Shown: positions 42,089 through 54,686 of the stretch, piece after piece
Position numbering within the stretch: position 1 is the first letter of the stretch
Layout of the letters: each line of letters starts with the position of its first letter
Source of the DNA: Epiperipatus broadwayi
Taxonomy: Eukaryota; Animalia; Onychophora
Length of the DNA: 64,000 bases
Reading direction: 5' to 3'
Assembly (NCBI GenBank): GCA_028023455.1
Contig: JAQFVV010000005.1
Coordinates: 10,540,001-10,604,000, forward strand
The notes under the pieces: model-generated
What the model saw: only the letters and a program-made list of their open reading frames with translations
What the model was told of the DNA's origin: nothing
Database searches by the model: none
Translations under genes and position numbers: made by a program

Positions 42089-42147
42089 ATCCAAGGTTCT
42101 TCACTGATGAAAGCCAAAAGCTAGGCACTAGTCTGGAGATATTGGAT
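42089..42147 (+). ncRNA. Type I hammerhead motif, family 1 (GAAA changed to GGCA)
   Basis: ATCCAA-ggt-TCTTCA-CTGATGA-aAGCcaaaaGCTa-GGCAC-TA-GTC-TGGAGA-ta-TTGGAT. Confidence 0.75.
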
Positions 42148-42542
42148 GAGTGGGCACTAGATAGGGATTTTATGTACAAACCTTCCTGCATCCATTCATT
42201 ATTCTGTCTTACAATGAGTGGAGCTACTATATAGAGAGTTTGCTTCTGTGAAAACACCTTGTGTAAACATAAGAATGGTGATTATGTAATGTTGATGGTT
42301 TAATACCAATCCTGCCAATAGGATTATGGTGACTGCTATTATTAAAGAACCAAACACACCAACAAATATAAATGGTAAACTGAATTCAGATCTATATGAC
42401 TATACAAGCTAATGAGCTTAGCTTGAATACATTATTGTGTTTTCATTTTGGATTTAAAACTTAATACTTATCTTAAAAAAAAGTAAAAGGTGGCTGCTGG
42501 ATGGTTGCATTAGATCCTAAAATCTAGGTCCAGAGTTCTCAG

Positions 42543-42601
42543 ATCCAAGGTTCCTCACTGATGAAAGCCAAAAGCTAGACACTAGCCTGAGGATATTGGA
42601 T
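42543..42601 (+). ncRNA. Type I hammerhead motif, family 1 (GACA core, GCC at the triplet)
   Basis: ATCCAA-ggt-TCCTCA-CTGATGA-aAGCcaaaaGCTa-GACAC-TA-GCC-TGAGGA-ta-TTGGAT, with perfect 6+6 bp stem I. Confidence 0.75.
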
Positions 42602-43656
42602 GAGTAGGAACTAGACAGATTTTATGCACAAACCTTCTTGCATCCATTGATTACTCTGCACAAACCTTGCATCCATTGATTACTTTAGGTTTCTGAGGGT
42701 CTACTGCATGGAGAGTTTTGCCTCTGTGAAAACAGTTTATATAAGCATAAGAAATGGTGATTATTTGATGTTTGAGTATTTAATAATTAATCGATATTAA
42801 AGTTTGTTTACTACTTTCATAATATTCTTCTTCAATAAATTTTTTGTCCAACAACACATATAGATAGATACATATATGCATTATTTTAGCATACTTTAAA
42901 TTGGCAAAAAAAGCACATATATTTAAAGATATTCAAAATCATTTAGATGTAGAATTAATGATAACTTAATTCATCATTGTTATAAATTTATTTTTCGCAA
43001 ATAAATTGATTTTATATTTATGAAATTATTTTGACTTTTGTCTTTCATATTTTTGCACTTATCATCTAATTGGTAATTTATGGTCACATGATATTATATT
43101 ACATTTATTTAAAGGTATCTTGACTTTAGAAATTCTTAGCGTGTATAATTTAAATATTAAGGTTAAGTTATTGTATTATATGGCTTGGGCAGTATAAAAT
43201 ACCCTATGTTATCCATCCGTATCAATTATAAAGTTTATAATTAAATAATAAAACTTAAAAGTCTTATTTATTATATTCAAAGATTTAAAATTCAGAGATA
43301 ACTTTAATTCTGATTTATTCATATTTGAAAACTTAGAGAGATTCCACTAGCGGCACAAATATTATTAAATTTGTTTACTCTCCTTTGCATTACACGCTCG
43401 TATTTTATTATTATAAGCCTGATATAATATTTATTAATATGCATAAATATTCTGTTTATATTAAGATAATTATTATCCACTTATTAGCTAAGATTTTGAT
43501 AGTTATAATTTTGTCTAGGTAACATCCGGTTGCTTATTATTATTGCAGGATTATTTAAGAGTTTTTTTTAAGCTCACTATATAATGAGAAAAAAAATGTT
43601 TTCTTTACAATATTCGGCAAACAAAAAATTTTAAAATTATTTATGTTAGTTTAGTT

Positions 43657-44847
43657 CAGTGGTCTTCAGCCACCGGGCCGCAGAACTTTTCTGCAGGTCC
43701 GCTCGCTAGACTGGGAAGAAAGTTTATAATAATAAAATATTAAGATTTTAAACTTTCAATTAATATAAACAATTTTTATTTATTTTTTCATCGCATTTTT
43801 ACCCAATTAAAAAAAAAGAAACAGAACAAAAACAAAATCTAATCAATCATATATAAATTAATTTGTTTTTCTATTTATCACAGACGTTCTTGGGGGGGGG
43901 GGGGGTTGTAGAAAAAAGTTTTTTATTATACAAACTCCGGTTGTCTTTTGATAGCCAATCACAGCCGTTTGTCAGCATTGTTAAAACAATAAAACGTAAC
44001 GTGACTTTTTTTGATCTCTTAAATTTTTTCTACTCTCTCTTTTAATATTTCATTTTTAATGGTTTTTTTTTTGGCTATACAGCGATTTTTTTGGGGGGAT
44101 TTAACTTTATTTTTGAAATCAATTTTTATTACCTTTTTTTTAAAAATAAAAACCAAAAAATAAGTTCTGTTTCTAACTTTTACAAAGTATTTCTCAATAC
44201 ACCCGCACCACCCCAAAATAAAGTAAGATCAAAACTTTTGACTTTTTCAAGTTTTGTTTTCTTTTTTGTTTAAAAATACATCGACTTTTTTTTGGCCTAT
44301 AAGGCGATATTTTTGGGGGTTTTATTTGTATATCGCTAAAATACTAAAACTTTTATTTTTAAAACCAATTTCTGTTACCTTTTTTAAAAAATAAAAACAA
44401 ACAAAAAATAACTGGTGTCTATCTTTTGTCTCAGTGATGACAACGTATTTCTCAATCCCCCCCCCTCCCAAAAAATAAATAAAATAAGATCAAAACTTTT
44501 GACTTTTTCAACATTCAGGTGAATAACATTTTATTTTTGCATGTTTTAACAATGAAATAATAAACGTAAAATGCAAGCACATTAATGAGAACGATTTTTA
44601 TTGTACTTGTTTTCTGTAGCAGTATGACTACGCAACTCGAGAAAGAGTGTTCAACATGTGAAGGTAAGCAACACCATTACAATACATAATAACTAGTATG
44701 CTGTTTTGGTCAGTTATAACAATTATGCTTATCTATGGCTAAGCAGGTTACATCTTTAAGAAAATTTATCTGTAAACTTCTGCTGGTCCACGAAATCTTA
44801 TTCTTATTTTTGCCGGTCCGCAGGTGTGAAAAGGTTGAAGACCACTG
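43657..44847. mobile_element. Non-autonomous hAT (Buster/Charlie-like), 1191 bp
   Basis: TIRs CAGTGGTCTTCAGCC / GGTTGAAGACCACTG (14 of 15 match). The 8-bp TSD is GTTTAGTT / GTTTAGAT with a central TA. An internal ~250-bp tandem duplication lies at ~44060-44515. Confidence 0.9.
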
Positions 44848-45936
44848 GTTTAGATAACTTGAAAAACATCTATATATATATGATAATGAGTTCAATAGTG
44901 TCAAACATAAAATTACAGATTGGCTTATTAAAATGAATGAACTTTGCAAATGTAAGTCACAAAAAAAAAAAAGGAAAATAAAAGAAATAACTAGTTGTTT
45001 TTTTAGGAAATACTGATTGTAATTAACACATACTATAAACATATATTAAAAATGCAATTAAAAAATGGGAGTTGAATTTAAAACACAAATATCAATGTTT
45101 GTATTATAGAAACCTAAAAATGAAGACAGGGCAGTATCTAAGAGATACTGAGAAATGAAAGAATAGTATAGAATTAATTACCTACAAAGTAGCAATAATA
45201 ATAAAACCTACTTTTGTCATTAATAAAAACAGTAGAACAATACACTGGTTGCAATTAATCAATAAATTATTAGTAGTCTAAACAATATTTATCAAGAACA
45301 AAAATCAAATCTATTCTGTTGCTTAATCACAGAAATTTCTGACTTGTCATTAATGGAAAATTTAAAAAAGACAAAAATATATATTAAGAACTTAAAACTA
45401 TAACAGTATATAAAGAATGTATAGTGAAAAAATAGGAATGAAAAAAACAGTGCTAATATTGTTATTATGATTAACTCAAAATAATGCAAATATAATTCAT
45501 TTAATCAAATTAGATATTATAATATTTATGAAATCTTAAGTAATAAGAAGCTATAATACTATATGTGAGTCCATTGATATTTTTTTAAGTACTAATTTTA
45601 TTTCACATTTATGTAAATAAAAATTGTATTCATTATGTAAGACTGCTCTGTACATATAAATTTGCCCTTAATACCCATGAAAAAGGTGTCTATAAATAAA
45701 TACATATTAGATTTTGCAACTCATTCTTTATTTTAGATTATTATATTTAATATGAAATATTCTTTACATTTGTAATTTACATGAGAATTATTTATATACA
45801 AAAAAGAGTGCAAAAACATTGCATTGTTTGTTATTTAACTGTCTTCCAAAAATTGTATCTGGTTGAAAAAAGAACATTATATGTTTAAAATTTATTTTGA
45901 TAAATTAAAATAAGATGGTATATACTGTATATTATT

Positions 45937-46309
45937 AAAATTACTCCAAATTCACAACTCAACCAGATTAGCCAAGAAAATAAACTCTAAAAACAATACC
46001 AATGGTTTTACTGCTACAAGCAGATTTCTCAAGTGTAAAGAACTACAAAATAACAACATATTTAAGCTAAATATTACCCACAATTCCAACCACTTCCCAT
46101 ACACCCTTAATATTAAAAGAACTTTTAAATAAGTTAATTGCTTCAGAATCATAAGTTTTTAATAATAAAGATTCTTTAATTCTTTTAATTTCATTTCTCT
46201 CAAAGAAAACAACCTTAGCTTCATCAAAATTAATAGTGAAACCATTAGTAGTGTTTTAGAGTTTATTTTCTTGGCTAGTCTGGTTGAATTGTGAATTTGG
46301 GGTAATTTT
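45937..46309 (-). mobile_element. 5'-truncated Penelope-like element 3' end with hammerhead remnant and inverted tail copy
   Basis: The minus strand reads INFDEAKVVFFERNEIKRIKESLLLK...AINLFKSSFNIKGVW, a GIY-YIG C-terminus. A hammerhead remnant sits at 45991-46040. The segment 46236-46309 is an inverted copy of 45937-46010. Confidence 0.75.
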
Positions 46310-47107
46310 GATTATTTATTGACTAGTTTAGCTTTATGCTTTTAATGTTTACTGTACATTATATATAAAATACAAGACTATTGTCTGTCAATGACACATA
46401 TCTTTATCAATCAGAAAAACTGTTTAATTTAAGGTTAATCTTTCTGGGAAATGATGTTTATATCTTAAGCAACAGATGTTTAAAAGAATTGATCATACAG
46501 TAGATAAAACTCACAAGATATTTATTATTCGATTATTGTTTAAAATATAACATATCCACTATTTTGAAATTTTAAACATCTTTTTTGTTAAAAACTATTT
46601 CCTTGTGATATAATTGATTGAAATTGACTCAAAGATATTTAAAAATTACAATTTTCATTTCATCATAATAAATGTTTATGTTTACAACAGTTTATCATGA
46701 AAAAAACTGGCTTTATATTATGTAATTAAATATTCAGACATTAAATAATGCTAACATTATTACTGTAAGATAATTAAATTATAATTGAATAGAAAAAAAA
46801 TAATTTTATTGTATTTTTTTTTTAAAATAAATGAATGAATTTTTAGATTTATTTGTGGGCTAAAAAGTATTAATTCCAAAATGGTATATCTATCAACATA
46901 CTCAACTTGGATGTTGATCACAGATTGTAACATAGTACTGCTAGCTACACTATAACAAATTGAATATACTTCTCATAGTGATAAAATTATTTAAACTCTG
47001 CCAAATTTGTAATATGGAAATGACATATAACTCCTTATCAATGTGTCATAAACAGCACTGATAATATTTAACTCTACTTTTCAATAATTTAAAAATATGA
47101 TGACAAT

Positions 47108-50100
47108 CATCATCATCAACCATTATCAATCCACTGCAGGATGAAGGTCTCTCCATGTTTAATCCATCTTCTCCGATCTTTAGCTTCTCTTCTCCACAAC
47201 ACCCCTGCACATTTTCTTATTTCATCCATCCATCTCACATGTGGTCTCTTTCTGGGTCTTTTACAATCTCTTGGAATCCAGTTTAAAATTTCAATTGTCC
47301 ATCTATTATCATCTCTTCTAGCAATATGTCCAGCCCAACTCCATTTCAATCTTTTAATTTTTTCAATAAGGTCAGTAACACCTGTTTGTTGTCTTACCCA
47401 TACATTGCGTTTTCGATCTCTTCTTGTTACTCCCAACATACATCTCTCCATACTCCTTTGAGTGGTCTGAAGTCTCTGTATTGCTCTTCTATTAAGTGTC
47501 CAAGTCTCAGATCCATAAGTAAGAACTGGTAAAACACATTTGTTAAAAACCATCCTTTTCAAACACATAGGCATATTTCCTTTTAATATCAAGTTATTTC
47601 TACCAAAAGCACTCCAACCAAGTTTAATTCTATGATTAATTTCCTCCATTATGTTTCCATCTGTATTAATAATCTGACCAAGGTATTTGTAACTGTTAAC
47701 TTCTTCTAATTCTTCATAATCAATCTTTATTTTCATATTTTGAGCAAATCGATTAAACATTACTTTAGTCTTTTTAACATTTATCTTTAGTCCTACTTTT
47801 CTAATTTCATCTGCTAACTCCTGCAACATTTCCTGCAGCTCTGAAGCATTATTTGCAAAAACAACTACATCATCTGCAAAATCTAAATGACTTAAATACT
47901 CTCCATTTACTTTTACTCCTTTAGTTTCCCATTTTAATCCACAAAATACTTCTTGCAGCACTGCTGTAAAGAGTTTTGGAGATATGGAGTCACCTTGTCT
48001 TACACCTTTCTCAATGTTGATTTTTCCATTATCATTATGTAATCTAATTGTTGCTGTTGCATTTTTATAAATATTCTTTAAAATATGACAATATCCTGGA
48101 TCTATACCTTGATGATCCAATGCTTTAATCACTGAAGAAATGTGTATAGAATCGAATGCCTTTTCATAATCTAAAAATCCAAAACATAATGACAACTCAT
48201 ATTCATTTGTCCTTTCTATGACTTCTCTCAATACCTGGATATGATCTATTGTACTAAAACCACTTTTAAATCCAGCTTGTTCTCTTGGTTGGTGGAAATC
48301 CAAAGTTCTCTGTAGACGAGTTGTAATTATCTTGGTAAAAATTTTTATATAAAACTGATAAAGGCTGATAGGTCCTAATTTCTAATATCTTCTTTATCAC
48401 CTTTTTTAAATATTAATATTATTACTGCATTCTTCCAATCTTCCGGTACATCTTTATCATTTAGACATTTGGTATATAACTTTGCTAAAATTGTTTCTAT
48501 TTCTTCACCTGCTTCTTTTAATATATCAATTATAATTCCATCATTTCCTGGAGCCTTTCCTTTCTTCATACACTTAATTGCATGTCTCACTTCTTCATTT
48601 AAAATTCTGGGCAATTTGGAAGATGTAATAGATATAGGAGGTACTTGTTCTTTATTACTATATAATTCTTGATAAAAATCTTCTACCAATTTCATGATGT
48701 CATCTCTCTTTTTAGTAATAATTCCATCTTTTTTCTTATTGCAGATATAAATTTCCTACCAATACCAAAATGTTTTTTAACATTTTTGAGACTTTTATTT
48801 TCTTCTACAGCTTTCCTTGCTATTTCACAGTTATACTTTCTTATATCATTTTCAACTCTTTTCTGTACCATTTTACAAAATTCGAGATATTCAATTCTTT
48901 TTAATACATCATTTTTGTATATCTTCATATTCCTTCTTTTCTTCATAAATTCTCTAGTCTCAGTAAAAATTTTATTAGTCAATTGCTGCTTTTTGCTACC
49001 AGCTATGTTTGTTGCAGTTTTTAAAAGTGTATCAGTTATTTTCATATTAATTTCATTCAAATCTGAATCATGTTCAAAATCTCCTAACACTTGAAACCTA
49101 TTTGTAAGTTCTAATTTAAATTTATTAGAATGTTTCTGAAGATTAGGAATAACAACTGTAAATATTGTTTTTCTTAATAATTTTTGTCTCTCTAGTTTTA
49201 CATTAACACCTTACTAATCGATGATCACTTCCTGTGTTAAATTTATTAAGACCATTACAATCTTGAAATATGTATTTTCTGTTAGTCAAAATATAATCCA
49301 ATTCTGTTGTACCTTCATTTGGATGCTTCCATGTCCATTTCCTTTTAACATTTTTCTCAAAAAATGAATTCATAATATAAAGTTTTTCTTTTTCTGCAAA
49401 CTCCACAAGTCTATGTCCTCTCTCATTTCTATTACCATAACCAAAATTACCTACAGCAATTTCATCTTTCATTTGTCTACCAATTCTAGCATTAAAGTCT
49501 CCCATAACAATTTTAAAATGTTGTTTACTCTGATCAAAAGCCTTTTGTACATCCATATAAAAATCTTCTACTACTTCATCACTATGAGAACTTGTTGGGG
49601 CATAAACCTGAATTATCTGCATTTGGTATCTGCTATTAAGTTGTATAACTAATCTTGCCACTCTGTCCAATACACCATCAATCTCCACAATATTGTTCTT
49701 CCACTTTTTATTTATAATGAATCCTACTCCACTTGTATTTCCAAGTACCTAAATAAAAAGTTGTCATCAAATGGCAGCCTGGGTCCACAATCAGGGGATT
49801 CTTAGCACCCTCTGCCTTCAGGCACCAACCGCTGCCTTGGTTGGTGACTTTACAGCCTCCTGGGAATAAGGGCCATGCTTTATTTTTGTCTGTCATAATT
49901 GTATATATGTATTGGAAAAATATTTATCATTTACACAAACATTCATTTTGCCTTATCAGGCACTGAGAAGAAAGACCATGGTTGTTTCTTGATCTTAAAC
50001 TCAGAGGTAAAAAGCCAATAAACTCACCATGCTGGCTAATGCGTGTTGGTGAGCAGCCCATCCATGTTCGTATACTATATGAATAATCACATAGTAATAA

Positions 50101-50223
50101 CAGCTGCAACGACAAGAACATATGGAGTGAACATTAGGAATTTGCCCTGCTCGGTTCCTTTAAGGCCTCCAAGAGGAATCAAAGGGTCTCCTTTCAGTTA
50201 ATAGAAAACTCCTTTCTGCAGCC
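47108..50223 (-). mobile_element. RTE-clade LINE, full span, frameshifted and internally deleted
   Basis: TSD TATGATGACAAT (47096-47107 and 50224-50235), (TGA)n 3' tail, APE motifs VYAPTS, MGDFNARIG and SDHRLV, and RT motifs EQAGFKSGFSTIDH, FLDYEKAFDS, GVRQGDSISPKLF and FADD. Confidence 0.95.
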
Positions 50224-52189
50224 TATGATGACAATATCATATAATTAATCAGTATGTTCCTAACTTGATAGGCTTGAAAATATCAAATCAACTACAGTAT
50301 ATGCACATTTTCAGTTGAATACATACATAAATAAAGAGTAACATCCATCTTAAAATTATTTTATGGTGAATTTAAGCAGTTTTCTCAGAACAGATATATT
50401 CATTTACATTATGTTAATTATCTTAAAATCATTCTAAAATGATGAAACTCTGATTGCTTTCATTAGAATAAGATTGAGAACAGAAATCAATGGATACTTA
50501 TAATCTTTCAGGAAAACAAGTTAGTATAAAATGTCAAATCTACAGATCTAATGAAACAGGATCTGACATATCTTGGATAATAATTGTGATTCATGGACTA
50601 GTTTGTGCAATCACTCATATTTTCATTTTTGTTCTCTCCTTTCTGGAATTGAAGTACTTTGTGAACCAAACAACCTTAAAATTATATCATTTTTACAATT
50701 TATACATTTTATCATCCAAATAAATATGACATAAATCTTATTTAGTAGAAAAGATTCAGTGATTATTTACAATTATTACTTTTACAATTATATTAAGTTA
50801 ATTTATGAAATTAAATGAACATAGTCAAAGCATTAGTAGAATTATTGAATGATATATAGAGATTATATATGAATGTTTATAAATTGATAGGTACATTACA
50901 CAATATGTGTTAAGAAAATGGTGTATAATTTGGTTCAATCAACACAGAAAAGGATATAGAATATATGGATGGTAGTATTTATATAATGGAATTAATGGTG
51001 GAATTTTAAAAAAAGTATTTTTATTTACTTATTTAATCAATTTTGTAAATATATATATACATATGCACATACATTTATATTAGATATTAAACAATGTAGC
51101 TATTTTCCCCAGATAATTTCTTTTCCTTTTATTTTAGTCCATAAACTGTAAGCATAATTAATTGATATTAGATAATCAAGCTATAATATCTACATCTTCA
51201 GATCATTTTCTAATTTTTGCCTTCATTAATGAATATTTAGGTTTCAAATCAATAATCTCAATTTTCACTGATGAAGCCAAAAACCGATGTGATGTGGATA
51301 TTATAGCAATATGCCACCTGGAATCCAGTGATTTCTCATTCTTATTTTACATTAAATGGCTCTAGAGTAGGGTAAAAAAAACGGCTGGAAGTATACAAAT
51401 TATATAAATACATCAATAATATTGTTCATAATTATTTTTCTAGTAACTAAAAATATTTTATATTACTTAATCTAATCAACATAAAACAATAAGATAGGAA
51501 TAAAGTATTCATTGGAAACTAATTATGTATTTTTTCTAAAGTCTAAAGCTATATATTGAATTGAAAAAATAATTACGTAAATTTCTCAGAATTAGTTGAA
51601 TTAATTATGATCTCAATATATTAATAAATGATTTATGTAACCTAAATTAAACTTTACTTCAAGATCCTGAAGAGTCATAGATCATATTTGCCTTCTACTT
51701 TCAGATTACTGAAAGTAAGAAATTTTACAATTTGTTCTGATATGCCAATTGGTCTTGTGATGTAATAGTTAATTTAATCAATCCAATGGGATTAAACATA
51801 AAAGACATATTTTAATGGTCATGTATTACTGGATTAATAGTTAAAATCAAAAAAACCTATGTAACTTATAAATAAATATTCATTACATAGAAGCCAAACT
51901 ATTGAACTAATAATTAATTCCACAAACTAGAAGCAGGAGATTATAAAATAAATTCCAACTCTAGAATCAATATTTAGAAGACTTTTCTCACTGAAAAATT
52001 GTTTGAAATATCCCACACAACATGAAGTAAAGCTTACTACAGCTAAAATAAATATCAATTATAAAAATGTAGGATAAAAAACAGAAAAAGTACAATATAA
52101 AACAATACCAGCAAATATTTAACTTTATTTAAACTTTCCAAATACAAACAACTTGTTAGTAATAACACACAAATAGACTATACAGGTTA

Positions 52190-52246
52190 GCAATTACACA
52201 GTGTTTCGAGTAGTATTATTCTCCACTCTTCTTCAGGTGTTGCTGG
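52190..52246 (-). ncRNA. Possible solitary type I hammerhead (could instead be a coding exon)
   Basis: AGCAAcac-CTGAAGA-A-GAGT...ACTC-GAAAC-ACT-GTG-TA-a-TTGCT. The core and GUA triplet are intact, but stem I is not contiguous with the core. Confidence 0.35.
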
Positions 52247-54414
52247 TCTATATGCACAGTGACAATATTTGCTTAGAAGTTGAACTCGCACCTTTAGATT
52301 CTTGAATATCGAATTTAAGGAAAATAGTCTTCAAAGTGTAATGAAGAATGTCAAATTCTAAGAAAAAATTAAGAATATGACAATGAAATAATATCATAAT
52401 GTCTACACATCAGTTTCTCAAATCAAGGTATGAAAACTTTATAGCTTTAAAAAAATATTAATTCTAATTAATGCAAATAAAAAGCTATTTTATTTTTAAT
52501 ACTTATTTCCAGTGTCAGTCATGTCAAAATTACATTTTATCTGTTATCTTTTTGCAATTACTATATTCCAAATATATTTTTTCCTGAGTATATATATATA
52601 CAAAAATAAATAATATAAAAATTGCCAGCACAACTTATTATACTGTAACTAGACAACATTGTAAAAACTTTTCTGCAGAATTATATTTTTAAGTTTAAAT
52701 CAGTTCATTGATAAATATAAATAGATGTTTTTATTTTTTTTAAAAAATACTTGAGCAATTACTAAACAAAATTATAATAAGCTTTGTTTTTTTTTTTACA
52801 TTTATTAATTACATATAGTAATCCCACATGTATCATATCTTCATTCTGCATATTTTAGCATGATCATAAAACTGAACACTTGTTAAACATCACGAAATCT
52901 CATGCAGTTTCATGGATAATAAATATCCATAATAAATTAATTGTAATTAAATATATTTAAAAAATGGGCATGTCACATAAAAAATTGCCAAGAATAATTT
53001 TAAAATATTACATACTGTGATGCAATGCACTGTGACTTCTCCTGATATGGAATTAGGAATCTGTCAGCCATTATGTTCAGAGAAGCCTGTTAGCCACTTT
53101 TTCTTCCCTTTTCGTTCCCCACCTTACATTTGTCCCATATTCTTCTTTACCCTGCTCCATCCCATTTCCACAGCATAATCTTTGTCAATTTCATGGCCTT
53201 TATACCTAAATTCTCTTTATCTTTTCCCAAACCCAGCATAAAAAACAATAATCCATTTTCTGTATAATTACTTAGTTTATATTTATTCTTCCGCAACTTC
53301 ATTATTTGTACTCTTTGTGCTTTCAGGCATTTACATTCAACTAATAGATGCCTAATATTATCTATGCCTTCCTTACATAACTTGCAGACTAAATAAAATC
53401 ACCCATATTTTTCCATTTATGTGTATATTCCCTTGTTACTAAAGATCCTGTTCAAGCCTTAAACAGTAAACTATGCAATACATATAGGTGGTGACAATTG
53501 GAACTCATAGTAAAAAGTCAAAAATTATCTAAAAGCCAAAGACTACATTTAATTTTTTTAAAAAAAAAAACATATCTTTCATTAGTAAAACAAAGTTTAA
53601 ATTTTAGCGTAAAAATATTTCTTTGGTTTTTTCTTTTTAAACAAAAATTTACTATAGCAGTACAGTACATGTGTAAAGAGTTGATTAACTATTATTTAAA
53701 ATTATAGATTATGTTACAAAGTAATTCATTAAACAAAAAGAAATATAACTACTTATACAAATTTTAAATAAAACTTAAAAAGATTTTCCTGATAATATCT
53801 ACAAACATTTAAAAAATAAAAACCATTTTAATTTAAAATGTCAAAATCCTGGAACGATTTTACCATGCTGTCAATACAATACGTATTATTAGTTATTTGG
53901 AAATAAATTTTAAAAAGACATCCTTAATACTGGGGAAAAAATTAAGAAGGAAAGGGAAAAGTCAAGATTCTACTTACCTTTTATTTTCAACTAAACAAAT
54001 GTTTGTCAAGCATTGGTGGTCGAGACGTCAGCGACAGCTGCTTTACAAGCAGTTGTCCCGGGTTAGCGGTTCACTTTCCGGCTGATACTATGACATATGA
54101 GGAAAAAAAAACTAAACAAATCTTTAACTCCCTTTAGTTGCTATGATTGTGTGAGAACTTTTATTCCAGCATTTTGATCAATCACAGATTTCAATTGAAG
54201 TTAACACAACATTAATAAGAACATGCATGCAAGTTTTAAGTCTTTTTTGTTAGTTAGTATTAGATTGTGAAAATGCATATATAGTTTTTCTATGATAAAA
54301 ATTGTAAAGTTTTTTTTTTTCAGATTTTACAGAAAAATAATAACGGAAGAAAATCTATGTCTTAAAATGGAGTACTATTCTTATTCAAGCAAAGACAGGC
54401 TTTCTTACAGCTGG

Positions 54415-54686
54415 TTATCTATAGATTATGGTCCCACTGATTTCTAAGATGCAGAAGTTACGACTCTTAAAACAAAGGGCAAGATTGATCAAGATATCTG
54501 TATCTGTGAGAGCAGCAGCTATTTCTAGGTCTGAGTCTTCATCACGTCCATATAGATAAGTTTTTACCCTGAAAGTTATTGGAACACAGGTCCTTACAGG
54601 CAATTTTACAAAATTTCCTGAGCCCAAGTTTTCAATCATCCATGAATTTGGCATTTTAGATATTGCCCAATTATTGTTTGATAAAA
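54415..54686 (-). CDS. Candidate host coding exon, product not recognised
   Basis: GC-elevated part of a 158-codon ORF, preceded by a strong acceptor (tttttttcatatAG). No transposon motif is present. Confidence 0.3.

Larger units (their letters stand above)
41715..42780. mobile_element. Hammerhead repeat family 1, locus II (inverted copy plus about two tandem forward monomers)
   Basis: Minus copy ~41715-41921 with hammerhead at 41821-41879. Forward copies have hammerheads at 42089-42147 and 42543-42601. Their CTGATGA cores at 42104 and 42558 are 454 nt apart. Confidence 0.85.

Noticed and set aside
41715-42250. Family-1 inverted pair as a simple MITE with long TIRs
   Set aside because: The arms differ in extent between loci, forward copies continue as tandem monomers, and no TSD was found.
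37342-45489. Numerous 60-110 aa ORFs rich in F, I, L, K and N
   Set aside because: Their composition simply reflects AT-rich non-coding DNA, and they show no domains or consistent splice structure.
31436-49652. Plus-strand ORFs overlapping the Jockey and RTE ORFs (and 28679-28861 in gag)
   Set aside because: They are antisense shadows of real minus-strand coding sequence.
50100-50223. HDV-like ribozyme at the RTE 5' end (TTCCTCTTGG and CTAAT motifs)
   Set aside because: HDV-like ribozymes are known in RTE 5' UTRs, but I could not assign P1, P2 and P3 in the required order. It is worth re-testing on the family consensus.
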